Shown: positions 9,326 to 21,085, numbered from the stretch's first letter. The stretch is DNA of 36,206 nt from Octopus bimaculoides (GCF_001194135.2 NC_068986.1:73898210-73934415); one strand, 5' to 3'. Numbers and translations are program-made. Notes: generated from the sequence alone by a model not told the origin.

Positions 9326-9982
9326 TGGGATCTTGTTCAAAACGGGGGCACCAGTTTTCATTAATGTTTTATGTAGTGTTTTTGGTACCGAAAGACTTTC
9401 AAACTTCGTATACTTATCTATTTTGTGTTATAGAGCAGAAAAAAAATTTTTGTATTCGGATTTATTTCATGTAAAGAATTGTCTTATTTCGATAATTTCA
9501 ACCAATCACTGACAAGTATTCAGCTGTTTACAGTTACTCCTAAGCGGTGTAAAGCGTATTTAATCTCCATTACTTCTGACATTTTGCAGAGGCAACACAC
9601 GTGTGTTCATTTTACCTAACCGACTTGCTTCTTCCCTCAAAAACCATGCCTTGTACCTATAATAGAAACGTTTATTAGCTACTGCCAATATGCTTCAGCC
9701 ATTTTTTGAGAAGGAAATAATAATTTTATCACCGCCAAAATCGTTTGACAATCGTTTGTTTACGTAGTCAGCACTTACTGTTATTCGGCTGAATGGATGT
9801 CAGTCATTGGTTGAAATTACAGAAATACGACAACTTTAACATGAAATAACTTGCGATGTACATATTTTTGTTAAGAAGACTAAGAGAAAAAGATGTTTTA
9901 TATGACACATTCTACCAGTGTCCCAAGTTTCAAAGTGTTTCGTTAAGAAAATACTGGTGCCCCCGTTTTGAACAAGATCCTG
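9326..9982. mobile_element. Non-autonomous Tc1/mariner-type MITE (~657 bp)
   Basis: TIRs: 9326-9355 TGGGATCTTGTTCAAAACGGGGGCACCAGT and 9953-9982 ACTGGTGCCCCCGTTTTGAACAAGATCCTG (28/30 inverted match). TA on the left, TG/TA on the right. No transposase ORF inside. Confidence 0.8.
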
Positions 9983-10059
9983 TGTATGTGTGTATGTATG
10001 TACGTGTGTTGTACTGTGTGTGTGTATGCTGTGTGCATATATTTATATATTTGTGTGTG

Positions 10060-10255
10060 TATGAGAAGAGACTAATAGAATAAGTACCAAACTTTTACAG
10101 TAAAAAAATAAGCATTGGGGTTGATTTGTTTAACTAAACCCTTCAAGGGAGTGCCCCAGCATGACCGCAGTCCAGTCACTAAACCCAGCATGACCGCAGT
10201 CCAATCACTAAACCCAGCATGACCGCAGTCCAGTGGCTGCAACAAATAATACTTG
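10060..10255 (+). mobile_element. SINE family A 3' end with a 29-bp tandem amplification
   Basis: AATAGAATAAGTACC...GGGGTTGATTTG...AAACCCTTCAAGG, followed by 2.7 copies of CCCAGCATGACCGCAGTCCA(G/A)TCACTAAA (10155-10234). Confidence 0.75.
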
Positions 10256-10516
10256 GAAAATAAAATATTTTAGTAAAGTGAATTTATCATTATTAAAATA
10301 GTGTTTGAAACAAAATTTACCATGAAATTTTGAAGGAAGATTTTTAACCTAGAGCAATGGTTACTCATTAGCATTTCAAGATATTTCTATGTAATTTTGG
10401 TAAATATATCTGTTAAAATGAGATGTCAGTGTTATTTTTGTTTTTGTGTAATTTAGACGACAATTTATTCACCACACCCTGTATATATGTATGTATGAAT
10501 GTGTATGTGTATGTCT

Positions 10517-10517
<1 letters not shown>

Positions 10518-10589
<72 letters not shown>

Positions 10590-10869
10590 NNNNNNNNNNN
10601 NNNNNNNNNNNNNNNNNNNNNNNNNNNNNNNNNNNNNNNNNNNNNNNNNNNNNNNNNNNNNNNNNNNNNNNNNNNNNNNNNNNNNNNNNNNNNNNNNNNN
10701 NNNNNNNNNNNNNNNNNNNNNNNNNNNNNNNNNNNNNNNNNNNNNNNNNNNNNNNNNNNNNNNNNNNNNNNNNNNNNNNNNNNNNNNNNNNNNNNNNNNN
10801 NNNNNNNNNNNNNNNNNNNNNNNNNNNNNNNNNNNNNNNNNNNNNNNNNNNNNNNNNNNNNNNNNNNNN

Positions 10870-10915
<46 letters not shown>

Positions 10916-10925
10916 TATATATACA
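10518..10925. repeat. Compound (CT)n(TA)n microsatellite spanning an N gap (10590-10869)
   Basis: Direct observation. Confidence 0.9.
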
Positions 10926-11134
10926 AACACACAAATATAGAAGAAATAATAGTACCACCAAAAGTGGCATCCCCACCACCACTAACAACAAGAACAACAA
11001 CAACAACAACAAGAGTGTTGCCGTGTGGTACTATACTCTGCTGGTACTATAGAACTATGGTACTCTTCATGGTTATCTCTTCTATAGCAAGATACTTGTT
11101 TCTGTCTCTCTGTCATACGCTAACCTTTCATCAT

Positions 11135-11441
11135 CTGACACAAGATCACATCCTCCTCTCCAAATTCCTTGTCTTGCAAGTTACTTGGTGCCTTCACTGG
11201 TGCTGATGCCATGTAAAAAGTATCCAGTGCAAACTGTAAAGTGGTTGTTATTTGGAAGGGCATCCAACTGTAAAAAGCATGCCAAAGCTGGTGCCAAGTA
11301 AAATCCACTCAGTCCATTCTGTGGAGCAGTTGATGTTAGGAAGGACATCCAGCCATAAAAACCCTGCCAAAACACACAGTAACCTAGGGTAGTCTTTTAC
11401 CTGGTCAGCTCTTGTCAAATCATCTGATAATGACGATGATG
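11135..11441 (+). mobile_element. Family C repeat with a duplicated internal segment
   Basis: Two GGAAGG(G/A)CATCCA(A/G)C motifs and a (GAT)n tail. Confidence 0.65.
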
Positions 11442-11469
11442 ATTATGTACGTCTTGAGTGTATACATAC

Positions 11470-11515
<46 letters not shown>

Positions 11516-12116
11516 AAAGAATTTGCAACGTTATATTTTAAAGGAAAATTATAGTCATCAAGCAAACTTGACTAAGGGTGTGAATAACACCTACATTACT
11601 AGAAATAGGAGCTAAAATGGTCCAATACTGCTACAGAGCACATAAACACACACACACACACACACATATATATTTCATTCTACAGGGAATCATCAATGGG
11701 AGGCGTCCAGTCACCAGGTGCGAGTCAAATCTTGCTATGATATATAGAATATCAGCATCACTTCTGGCACTGATGTTGAAAATAGTGAGCAGGCTTATTA
11801 AAAAGTTATTATTAGCTACAGAAACACTATTAATATCAAAAGGTAATCTTTATATCCAACTTAAGATGGCTGTCTTGTTAGAACACCAAATACTGTGTTA
11901 TTAGCTTTGAGAGATCCTCTCATGCATGTGTCAAGCTCCAATTTTAGGTTTTGGTATGGTTTCTGCAGCTGGATGCCCTTCCCAATACCAAATGCTTTAC
12001 AATGTGTAGGAGGTGAGTTCTTTTGTGCTACTGGCACTAGTGAGGTCACCAAATAACAAGACATCTATGTTATGTTGGATATAAAGTTTACCTTTTGTTA
12101 TTAATACTGCTTCCAT

Positions 12117-12585
12117 CATCATCATCATCATCGTCGTCGTCGTCATCATCATCATCGTATAATGTCCATTTTCCATGCTAGCATGGGTTGGACGGTTTGA
12201 CTGAGGTCTGCAAAGCCAGTGGCTGCACCAGGCTCCAATCTGATCTGGAAATGTTTCTGCAGTTGGATGCCCTTCCTAATGCCAACCACTCAGAGAATGT
12301 AGTAGGTGCTGTTTATGTGCCATGGCACAGGATGCAGCCAGTGGGCCCTGGCATCAATCACGCTCAGATCGTGCTTTTTACATACCACTGGCATGAGAGC
12401 CAGTCAGAAGGCACTAGCATTAATTACGTTCAGGTGGTGCTTCTTTTTATGTGCTACTGGCACGGGAGCCAATCAGGCAGACCTGGCATTGACCTTGTTC
12501 GGATGGTGCTTTTTATGTGCCACTGGCACAGGAGCCAGTCAAGGGTCACTGGCATCGACTACATTCGGATAGTGCTTTTTATGAA
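12117..12585 (-). mobile_element. Family C SINE-like repeat ((GAT)n tail) with an internal ~66-bp tandem array
   Basis: (CAT)n, CCATGCTAGCATGGGTTGGACGGTTTGAC, GGATGCCCTTCCTAATGCCAACCAC, then units starting GTGCT at 12306, 12371, 12437, 12506 and 12572. Confidence 0.82.
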
Positions 12586-12854
12586 TTCAAAGAACAAACA
12601 ATCGAAAAACAGAAGAATAAAAGAATAAAACAAATGTGAGAATGTGCACAAGAAATATATTAATTTAGTGGATGGTGAAAGGAGAGAGCTGTTAATGTTT
12701 TGAACATTGCTCTTCATCGGAAGGAGAAAAGTCTAAAGTGAAAGAAGGAAAAATAAGGAAAAATCACCAACAATCCAGTGCATTTACATTTCTGAAGTAT
12801 GTGTGTGTGTGTGTATACTGTAGCAGATCTACTCACTACAGGAAAATTAATATC

Positions 12855-13127
12855 CTAAAACCAAGGTGCCATGTTGAAAGCATTAGTGCTGGTGCCACAT
12901 AGAAAGCATTGGTGAGGGTGCCATGTAAAAAGCACTGGTGATGGTGTGATGTAAAAAGCATCTGTTATACTCTGCACTGTGGTTGGTGTTAGGAAGGGCA
13001 TTCAACTGTAGAAACCAAGCAAAAACAGACTATAAAACCTGGTGTGGGTCCTGGCTTTGCCAGTTCCTATCAAAGCATCTAACCCATGCCAGCATGGAAA
13101 ACAGCCATTAAATGATGATGATGATGA
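12855..13127 (+). mobile_element. Family C repeat
   Basis: ~24-bp GGTGCCA(C/T)(A/G)TAAAAAGCA repeats, GTTAGGAAGGGCATTCAACTGTAGAAACC, ACCCATGCCAGCATGGAAAA...TTAAA(TGA)n. Confidence 0.8.
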
Positions 13128-15066
13128 AAAGGATTATATATATATACAAATATATATATATTTATGTATGTGATTATTAGTATATGTATGTATATTCATA
13201 TGTATCTAAATATGTGTACATATATACACATTCATGTATGTATGTATGTATGTCTTCATCATCACTTTATATCTGTTTTTCATTCTGGCCTGCTTTGGAC
13301 AGTTTGACAGCATCTGATGTGACAGAGGGCTCTATGGTTTCTACAGCTAGATGCCCTTCCTAGTGCCAATCATTTTTTTTTTTTGTGAGCTCACCAAGTA
13401 ATTTACAAGACAATACAAGAAAAACACAAAAGTACTCACAGCTTATATATAAAACTGTGCGTCCATAGACACAAGATACTAACTCGACTCTGAATAAAAT
13501 GTTGTGTGTGCTTGTGTGTGTGTGTGTGTGTGTTATCTCAATATGACTTGTGCCTAAGCAACACCATATCACTGTCGGTTGCCACTTCAGCTCACCTGCA
13601 TACACTACTACCCTTCTCTTAGTCTGTTGTGTTATTTCCCTTCACAGATCCCCCTGCTTCTAGCTACCTCAAAGAGCATGTCATCTATTTTGGCTACTCC
13701 TCCCCTTTTGTCTATGACTAACACAGACATATTCACATAACTGTACCCTCTCGCACCATACAGCGCCACATAGTATGCCACATAGTATGCCACACTCACA
13801 CATGTCTCACAGATCACATACACTATCCTATACATTCATATATCCACATACCACTCACGCATAGGCATGTGGGCAGAATTACTAAGCTCAAATGCACATG
13901 TGCATACAGACACACACTGGTACATACACCATCTCATTTTACACTAACAAATGCTGCTCCAACCTTTTACCTCTACACATATTTCCCCACAGCATATCAC
14001 GCCACACACATGCATCACACATAGGTTTCCCATATTTACCACACACTGTTCCTATACATTCACACCACCACATAAATCATTACCTCAAACATATGCACAA
14101 GTAAAATCACTAGACAGTGTTTGTGTGTGTATGTTGTGTGTTCATGTGTATGTATGCATGTTGTTTGTATTTGTGTGTGGGTATTTACTTTCTTAGCTGG
14201 ATGTATTAGATTGCTCAAATGGCTGGTGCACACCTAGATACATAAACTTTTCCTTGACACATATTACATACTATTTAACATCTACACAAATGAAAACATT
14301 GCACGTTTAACTACACATCACTTGATATATGTGCATGCTTACTCACGCACACACACACACACACTCATACACATTAGTGTCATGAGCTGCCCATCTTTCT
14401 TTCACTTTCCCTCCATTGCTACTATTCTCTCCCTTCCTTGTTCTTTCTCTTTCTCTTTCCCTTCACTCTCCCCTTTGCCATCTATCTCTCTCTTCACATG
14501 CTGTCTCTCTTTCTTGTGTGCTCTCCCATCCTCTTTCCATTTATTCTCACTGTGGCCCAAGTTCTGGTGTTGCCACTTCTGGTCCTTCTTTCTCATTCCT
14601 CAACTTCCACTTTACACTAAGCCTATCATGTAAACAGTCAATGTAAATTCAGTATTATATGTTTTATTTTTCTCTTACTTCTCTTATTCCTTTACCTTCT
14701 CTTTGATAATGGATATCCCACAAAATGTTAGATTCACCTGTTTCTTCCATTGGCATATTATTTTCATTGTACACTTTTCATTGTTGTTTTTTCTTCATTT
14801 TTATATGTTTGTTTTTGTTTGTCTGATTCCATATAATTTTATTTGTTTATTTACTCTTTGCCCCATAATCTCTTTCAATTTATGAGTGAGATTTTTTATC
14901 TATCTGTCTATCCATCCATCCATCCATGTGCCCATCCTTTTATCCTGCCGCCATGTATCCCTCCATCTATCTATATACATATATGAATATATATTTATAC
15001 ATACACAAATTTACCTATACATATAATCTATTCATATGTGTGTGTGCATGTGTGTATGTATGTGGG

Positions 15067-15113
<47 letters not shown>

Positions 15114-15231
15114 GTATGTATGTATGTGAGTGTGTGTGTATGTGTGTGTGGATATGTATATATATACCTGGCCAGATCCTATCAACTGTCCTACCCATGC
15201 ATGCATGGAAGATAGGGTTAAACAATGATGA

Positions 15232-15284
<53 letters not shown>

Positions 15285-15465
15285 CCATGTATAAAAACAT
15301 CTATAAACAATAGAAAGATGAACTCAATACATGTTATGTATTTCATTCCTTTGACTACAGCTACGTTGTATTCCTATTTCCTGCATATTTCTCATGGCAC
15401 AATTTTGCTATATTGTATGCATGTGTCCTCTGTATGTGTGCATGCATACATGTGCATAACTACGT

Positions 15466-15601
<136 letters not shown>

Positions 15602-16019
15602 TTTTAAAGAAAGATAAACATAAAAGAACAGAAGGAAATAGAAAGTAAACATGGCTGTGTTTAAAATATGGTTCAGTTTTGCAACTGTATCAGAGCTGAT
15701 TACTAACATGTCTTTGTTTGTTGTGCTTTTAAATATTAGTGGTTTTATGGTTTGTGTACATAGATGTGCGTCAGATTTTCTGATAGAGACTCAAATTAAA
15801 AGCATTTCAGATACAATGCAAATTTTCTCCCTTCCTCTGATTGGTTGATAGTGTAGACTCATTTATTTTGCCTCTTTTATATAGAATTTTATCATATCTT
15901 GTGTTTAATATGTCAAAATTTTGTTTTTAAAAAAAGACCAGCCAACTAGTGATTACGGGTACAAATGAGAAAAAAATAATTTAGTATTTTAGTATTTTTG
16001 CATATGAAATCTGTAACAC

Positions 16020-16310
16020 ATATCTGTGTGTATATGTGTGTATACACGCATACACTTATTCATACTAATATACATGTAATATGTGTGTGCATGTATGTGT
16101 GTGTGCTTGTATGTATGTGTGTGTATATGTATATATACATGTGTACATCATATGTATGTGTGTGTATACATATGTATATATATATATGTATATGTGTGTA
16201 TATGTGTATGTGTATATATGTGTATATGTATATGTGTATGTGTATATATATATATGTGTGTGTATATATGTGTATATATTTATGTATGTATGTATGTATA
16301 TATATGTGTT
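16020..16310. repeat. Degenerate TA/TG low-complexity tract
   Basis: A mix of TATG, TGTA and TA units. It is the source of several spurious ORFs. Confidence 0.9.
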
Positions 16311-16841
16311 TGTGTTTTTCATAAATTTCCTGTCGATATTCCAAAATGTATATAACTATCTTATCTCAAAAGATAGAATCAGATTCGGTGGTATCAAATA
16401 CATTTGTATATTTGCAAGTTTCACTAATTCTCTTGTTTCCAATGACCTGAATAAATTTTATGTCTATATATTGTTTTATCTCACTGCCAGAGTAAAACAG
16501 AATACTGAAGGAATTTCCTTAAGGCGTTTGTTAATCTTATGTATAAACTGTTGATCCTTTATTACTACTGTTACTGTTGATGATAATGAAATATCCTTTG
16601 CATAGTAAATCCGCTCAACTGATATTTTCTATCATATCACTGTGACTTAGATGCATACTTGTTTTCTTTCTTCGGTTTTAGTCATATATCTGTTCTAAAT
16701 AGTAGATGTTTCCTGCTCAAAAAGGCTGAAAATATTCAAATTACAAGATTGTGGACAGTCTTTGATTTTATTGGTATTAATTATACTATAGAATGTATCA
16801 ATACAATTCACCAATATTGTTCGTTCCAACAAATGCTAATA

Positions 16842-16843
<2 letters not shown>

Positions 16844-16903
<60 letters not shown>
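16844..16903. repeat. (CA)n microsatellite
   Basis: Direct observation. Confidence 0.95.
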
Positions 16904-16906
<3 letters not shown>

Positions 16907-17087
16907 AAATAGATAAAGTTGACAATGCATAAAGAGTATTTATGATGATTTATGATACAGTTTGCAGCACAGCTCCACATTCCTCAAAACCTACAATTTT
17001 GAAAATCATACAAATGTGAAACTGGTTAAGTGGATTAATTTTAATGTAAATAAATCTTCATATCTGTGCATTTTCAACTTCTTCCAG

Positions 17088-17150
17088 TTTCCATGTACAA
17101 AATCAACTCAGAAGGCTTTTGTCGACCATAAAAAGTTCTCTTGTAAAAGA
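17088..17150 (+). other. Candidate 63-bp internal exon of an unidentified gene
   Basis: Acceptor TTTTCAACTTCTTCCAG (AG at 17086-87) and donor GTAAGT (17151-56). Length is a multiple of 3. Two frames are open (FPCTKSTQKAFVDHKKFSCKR or FHVQNQLRRLLSTIKSSLVK). Non-repetitive context. Confidence 0.35.
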
Positions 17151-17657
17151 GTAAGTAAATGTGTGTAAAGCAGACCACGAGTGCATTTAGATTCTGTCCA
17201 GTTAGATAGAAGTTGTTGAATGGGAAACAACCATACACCATACAGGGTATATGTAATGAAGTGTCAACTTGCATTGTTCAATGACAGAATGATGAAGTTA
17301 TTTACTTGGAGGAAAATTTGTCAATCTGTTTTGAATCACAAAGCTGTTATGTGGTAGGAATGCGTGCTAAAAATAGCAGCCAAATCTTTCATTTTCTGGA
17401 GAAAGGAGCCGTTTATGTGGTGGGGGACCTCGGACTTTTGGACGTTCCATGAACCGTATGTAATGTATGTGTAAAATTTAAATGAAATCAGTTGTGTAGT
17501 TCTTGAGTTTTAGGGATTCACACATACAGACACACATTCTCATCTTTATATATATATATATATTTGTTATTTACACCACCTGTCCTCGTCTGTTGTNNNN
17601 NNNNNNATACATACATATACATATTATCATACAGCACTTGATGATATAAATATATAT

Positions 17658-17752
17658 CTGCTCTGTTACTTATATTGAGTATGCTTCTATTTCTCACTTA
17701 TGGACAACAAACTGATGAAATATATGCATACTCAATAGAAGTAACAGAACAA
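17658..17752. repeat. Imperfect hairpin (22-bp arms, 1 mismatch)
   Basis: CTGTTACTTATATTGAGTATGC (17663-84) vs GCATACTCAATAGAAGTAACAG (17726-47). Confidence 0.85.
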
Positions 17753-18139
17753 AACATCAAAGTTTATAACTGAGATCAATATTCATGAATATTATTTGGC
17801 CAATATCAACAATGTTTCATGTAATGAATGTTAACCTGCTACTTCAATTCTTATATAGCTCAATTATAACACAAGTCATAAATATATATAAATGTATTTT
17901 AATAAATTTTTATTTTATATTTAATTCAAAATACATGAGTTGATATGATCACATTGATTGTCATTTTTTAAAAACTATGTATTTGTGTTAATTTTAGTTT
18001 TATTATTCAATATGATGAAACAAACACCCAACACACTCAAGCAAGTTTAAAGACTACTTCCAGGAGTGAGACCACCCCTATCAATTGTCTTAAGTGTGAT
18101 GGTTGTTAGATACTTGTGGGTCACTTTTATTCCCAGTTT

Positions 18140-18280
18140 CCATCATAATTTAATGTCTAGTTTTCTATGCTTGCATGGGTGAGTCTGAATTTGTTGTGGT
18201 AGATTTTCTATGGCTGGTTGCCTTTCCTGCCATCAGCCTTTATCCATTTTCAAGCAAAGTAATATTTCTCCATAGCCAAA
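18140..18280 (-). mobile_element. Family C-related repeat fragment
   Basis: TTTAATGTCTAGTTTTCTATGCTTGCATGGG...TTCTATGGCTGGTTGCCTTTCCTG. Confidence 0.6.
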
Positions 18281-19221
18281 CATATATTCCTTATATTCCC
18301 TTTCTATCAATGTAAAGACAGAATCTCTACACAAGAAAGAATAAACAAGGAGAATCTTTTTATAGAGAAATTCCAAATGCTTCTTAACATACAAACTCCT
18401 CGGTGACCATATTCCCTTCTCTCGTCTACCCATTGAAATACATATAAGTTTACTTCTTGTTTCTCTAAGAACAGACATAAACTTCCTGTTGACAAAGAGT
18501 CCAGAACTCCAACTAAAGAGTATAAAACACACAGAATTGTCTTCCCTTACGCACACTTCCTGTTTTGACATCACACTTCCTGTTTAACACACAAACTCTC
18601 AGCCTTTTTTAAACACAACACGATTCTTAATTCCATGCATCCTAATCTATCTAACAATTATCTACATGGATTACCATTGAACTTTAAAAACTCAAAGACA
18701 ATATAATGTATTGGTATATTTATTTTTTTATATATTTTAAATTTTTTTGTANNNNNNNNNNNNNNNNNNNNNNNNNNNNNNNNNNNNNNNNNNNNNNNNN
18801 NNNNNNNNNNNNNNNNNNNNNNNNNNNNNNNNNNNNNNNNNNNNNNNNNNNNNNNNNNNNNNNNNNNNNNNNNNNNNNNNNNNNNNNNNNNNNNNNNNNN
18901 NNNNNNNNNNNNNNNNNNNNNNNNNNNNNNNNNNNNNNNNNNNNNNNNNNNNNNNNNNNNNNNNNNNNNNNNNNNNNNNNNNNNNNNNNNNNNNNNNNNN
19001 NNNNNNNNNNNNNNNNNNNNNNNNNNNNNNNNNNNNNNNNNNNNNNNNNNNNNNNNNNNNNNNNNNNNNNNNNNNNNNNNNNNNNNNNNNNNNNNNNNNN
19101 NNNNNNNNNNNNNNNNNNNNNNNNNNNNNNNNNNNNNNNNNNNNNNNNNNNNNNNNNNNNNNNNNNNNNNNNNNNNNNNNNNNNNNNNNNNNNNTATATA
19201 TATATATATATATATATATAT

Positions 19222-19320
19222 TTCCTTTCTGTTGAAGAGCATAGGCTGAAAATGTAAAAGACTTTCTCACCTTCCCGAGCATTAAACTAATACACCTGTT
19301 TGTTGTTTATACATCTGTCT
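19222..19320 (+). repeat. PLE pseudo-LTR-like fragment with a decayed hammerhead core, next to (TA)n
   Basis: CTGTTGAAGAGC-ATAG-GCTGAAAATGT resembles CTGATGAAGAGC..GCTCGAAACGT. A related fragment, TTGTTATTTACACCACCTGTC, lies at 17565-17596, also after (TA)n. Confidence 0.5.
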
Positions 19321-19331
19321 GTAGACCTCAC

Positions 19332-20080
19332 ACATGGTTCCAGCAAAATGGGGCAACTTCTCATACTGCAAGAGAAACAATGCAGTTGCTATGGCAGAGC
19401 TTGGGAGAGAGAATAATCTCCTGCTATGGCAATGTCAACTAGCCTTCATGTTCTCCAGACTTGACTAGCCTGGATTTTTTTCATGTGGGGATACCTGAAA
19501 GAGAGGGTTTACATCAACAAACCAGAGATCCTGCTTCAACTGAAGGAGAATATCAATAGAGAAGTCAGAGAAGTGGGGTCTGAAACTCTTGTGGGTGTTA
19601 TGGTGCAAGTTTTGGAAAGAGTAGAGGCATGTGAAGCCGAAAATGGCTGCCATTTAAGTGATGCCATTTTTCATGTGATGTAGTGGTGCTGCACAAATTG
19701 ACTTGTGCATATTAACTTCCCTTATATCCTTTCTATTGTATCAAAATTTTATGCATTTATTCATGGGCCCGGGAACAGGTGGTGCAAGTGCATCCCCTAG
19801 AATTTTTGCAAAATTTGCAGCCCTACTTATTTTACTCAGGTTTACAAAACCGTGAATAAAAAAGTGATGTGTAAAAAGTACCTTGAAGTTAGGTTCCTTC
19901 TCAAAGAACAAATCACAAAAATAAATAACAGAAAAAAAAGACAAGACCAAATTTGTAAAAAATTTTGGATCTGGGTTTGCACCCCCTAAGCAAATTTCAT
20001 TCCTGAGCCACTGCATTTATTCATAAAGTTAAGTAAGTTATTAAATATTGAAGCCCATCAGTGATTTTTGGGACACCCTG
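19332..20080 (+). mobile_element. 3' half of a DD41D (rosa/Visitor-type) mariner transposon, pseudogenised
   Basis: Translation: WFQQ(N)GATSHTARETMQLLWQSLGERIISCYGNVN*PSCSPDLTSLD FF / WGYLKERVY...LKENI...RVEACEAENGCHL. There are 41 residues between the decayed second Asp (19347-49) and the third Asp (19473-75). The right TIR TTTTTGGGACACCCTG-TA ends at 20080. Confidence 0.82.
19762..20013. mobile_element. hAT-like MITE (252 bp) inserted in the DD41D relic
   Basis: Perfect 8-bp TSD CATTTATT (19754-61 and 20014-21). Imperfect TIRs CATGGGCCCGGGAA / CAGTGGCTCAGGAA. The uninterrupted empty site is visible in the paralogous fragment at about 22200-22225. Confidence 0.82.
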
Positions 20081-20650
20081 TATTAGCATCATCTGTAAAC
20101 TTTGCAGTGCATTTTACATTGAAGAAATATGCCAACATTTAGACAATCATTTTCAGGAACACATTTCAAAACCACAAATACATTTGCCAAACCAACCCAT
20201 CACCACCTATTTCAACACAACAAGCCATTCCATTATCCTTTAATTAGTGTACAACATTTCTGCACATCACGGATCCATGTACTCAGGGAAACAGAAGGAA
20301 AGCTGTTTTATACCCAAACATGGAACTATAGCACCAATGGTTCTTTTAATTCAGTAATCTCATTCTTATCCATCAGCTCCCTTCTCATCTTAATCTATTT
20401 CCATCCGCCTCAACCACACCAACTTCTCTTCCTCTTTTCAATTCTCTCTCCTACTACTCACTGTCTACATATACACACCAATAGTGTCTTGCATTGCATA
20501 TCACTTGCAACCAGTTGCTCAAACATAGAGGATGTAAAACTTTGCAGTGTTTCTTTTTCATCTTAACTTAGAAGAAGGATTATATCCAAAGCACTGGACA
20601 CTTCACTTCCATAACAATTTCACTGTACTCTTTCTGTCACTTTCAACAAA

Positions 20651-20724
20651 TAATTAGTGGTGGTCTGCATTGGCAAGACTTGTATTATAATACAAGTCTT
20701 GCCAATGCAGACGACCACTAGTTA
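20651..20724. repeat. Near-perfect 74-bp palindrome with a perfect 50-bp core and no spacer
   Basis: GTCTGCATTGGCAAGACTTGTATTA (20663-87) is directly followed by its exact reverse complement (20688-712). It extends to 20651/20724 with 2 mismatches. Confidence 0.95.
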
Positions 20725-20879
20725 CTTCAGATCCTGTTTCATCTGATACACAAAATCCTTCTCATGCACACACACTGATGTATACTTGTAACAGTATCAA
20801 GTTCTTAGCAGTGTGACTTCACTGGGATGGTGCTGTCTCACCAAATATCTTGATTTCAGTCACATTCTTTCTTTTTCTT

Positions 20880-21085
20880 TTCTTTACTCTTTTACTTGTT
20901 TCAGTCATTTGACTGCGGCCATGCTGGAGCACTGTCTTGAAGGGTTTTAGTCAAACAAATCGACCCCAAGACTTTTCTTTTAAAAGCCTAGTACTTGTTC
21001 TATCGGTCTCTTTTGCCAAACTGCTAAGTTATGGGGGCATAAACACACCAACGCTGGTTGTCAAGTGGTGATGGGTGGGGGACAT
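20880..21085 (-). mobile_element. SINE family A, 3' half
   Basis: TACTCTTTTACTTGTTTCAGTCATTTGACTGCGGCCATGCTGGAGCAC... Confidence 0.8.

Noticed and set aside
11851-11893. Apparent similarity to the reverse complement of the PLE 3' end (7394-7440)
   Set aside because: The alignment is short, gapped and AT-rich, so it is not distinguishable from chance.
10155-12585. CRISPR-like arrays (29-bp and 66-bp repeats)
   Set aside because: The repeats are directly tandem without unique spacers, lie inside SINEs, and the context is eukaryotic.
16682-16773. Possible 92-bp exon
   Set aside because: The donor (GTATTA) is weak and the phase is incompatible with the open frames of the 17088 candidate.
20129-20566. 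145-aa ORF, and likewise 12188-12628 and 33270-33704
   Set aside because: They are low-complexity, repeat-derived or motif-less, with no splice or homology support.
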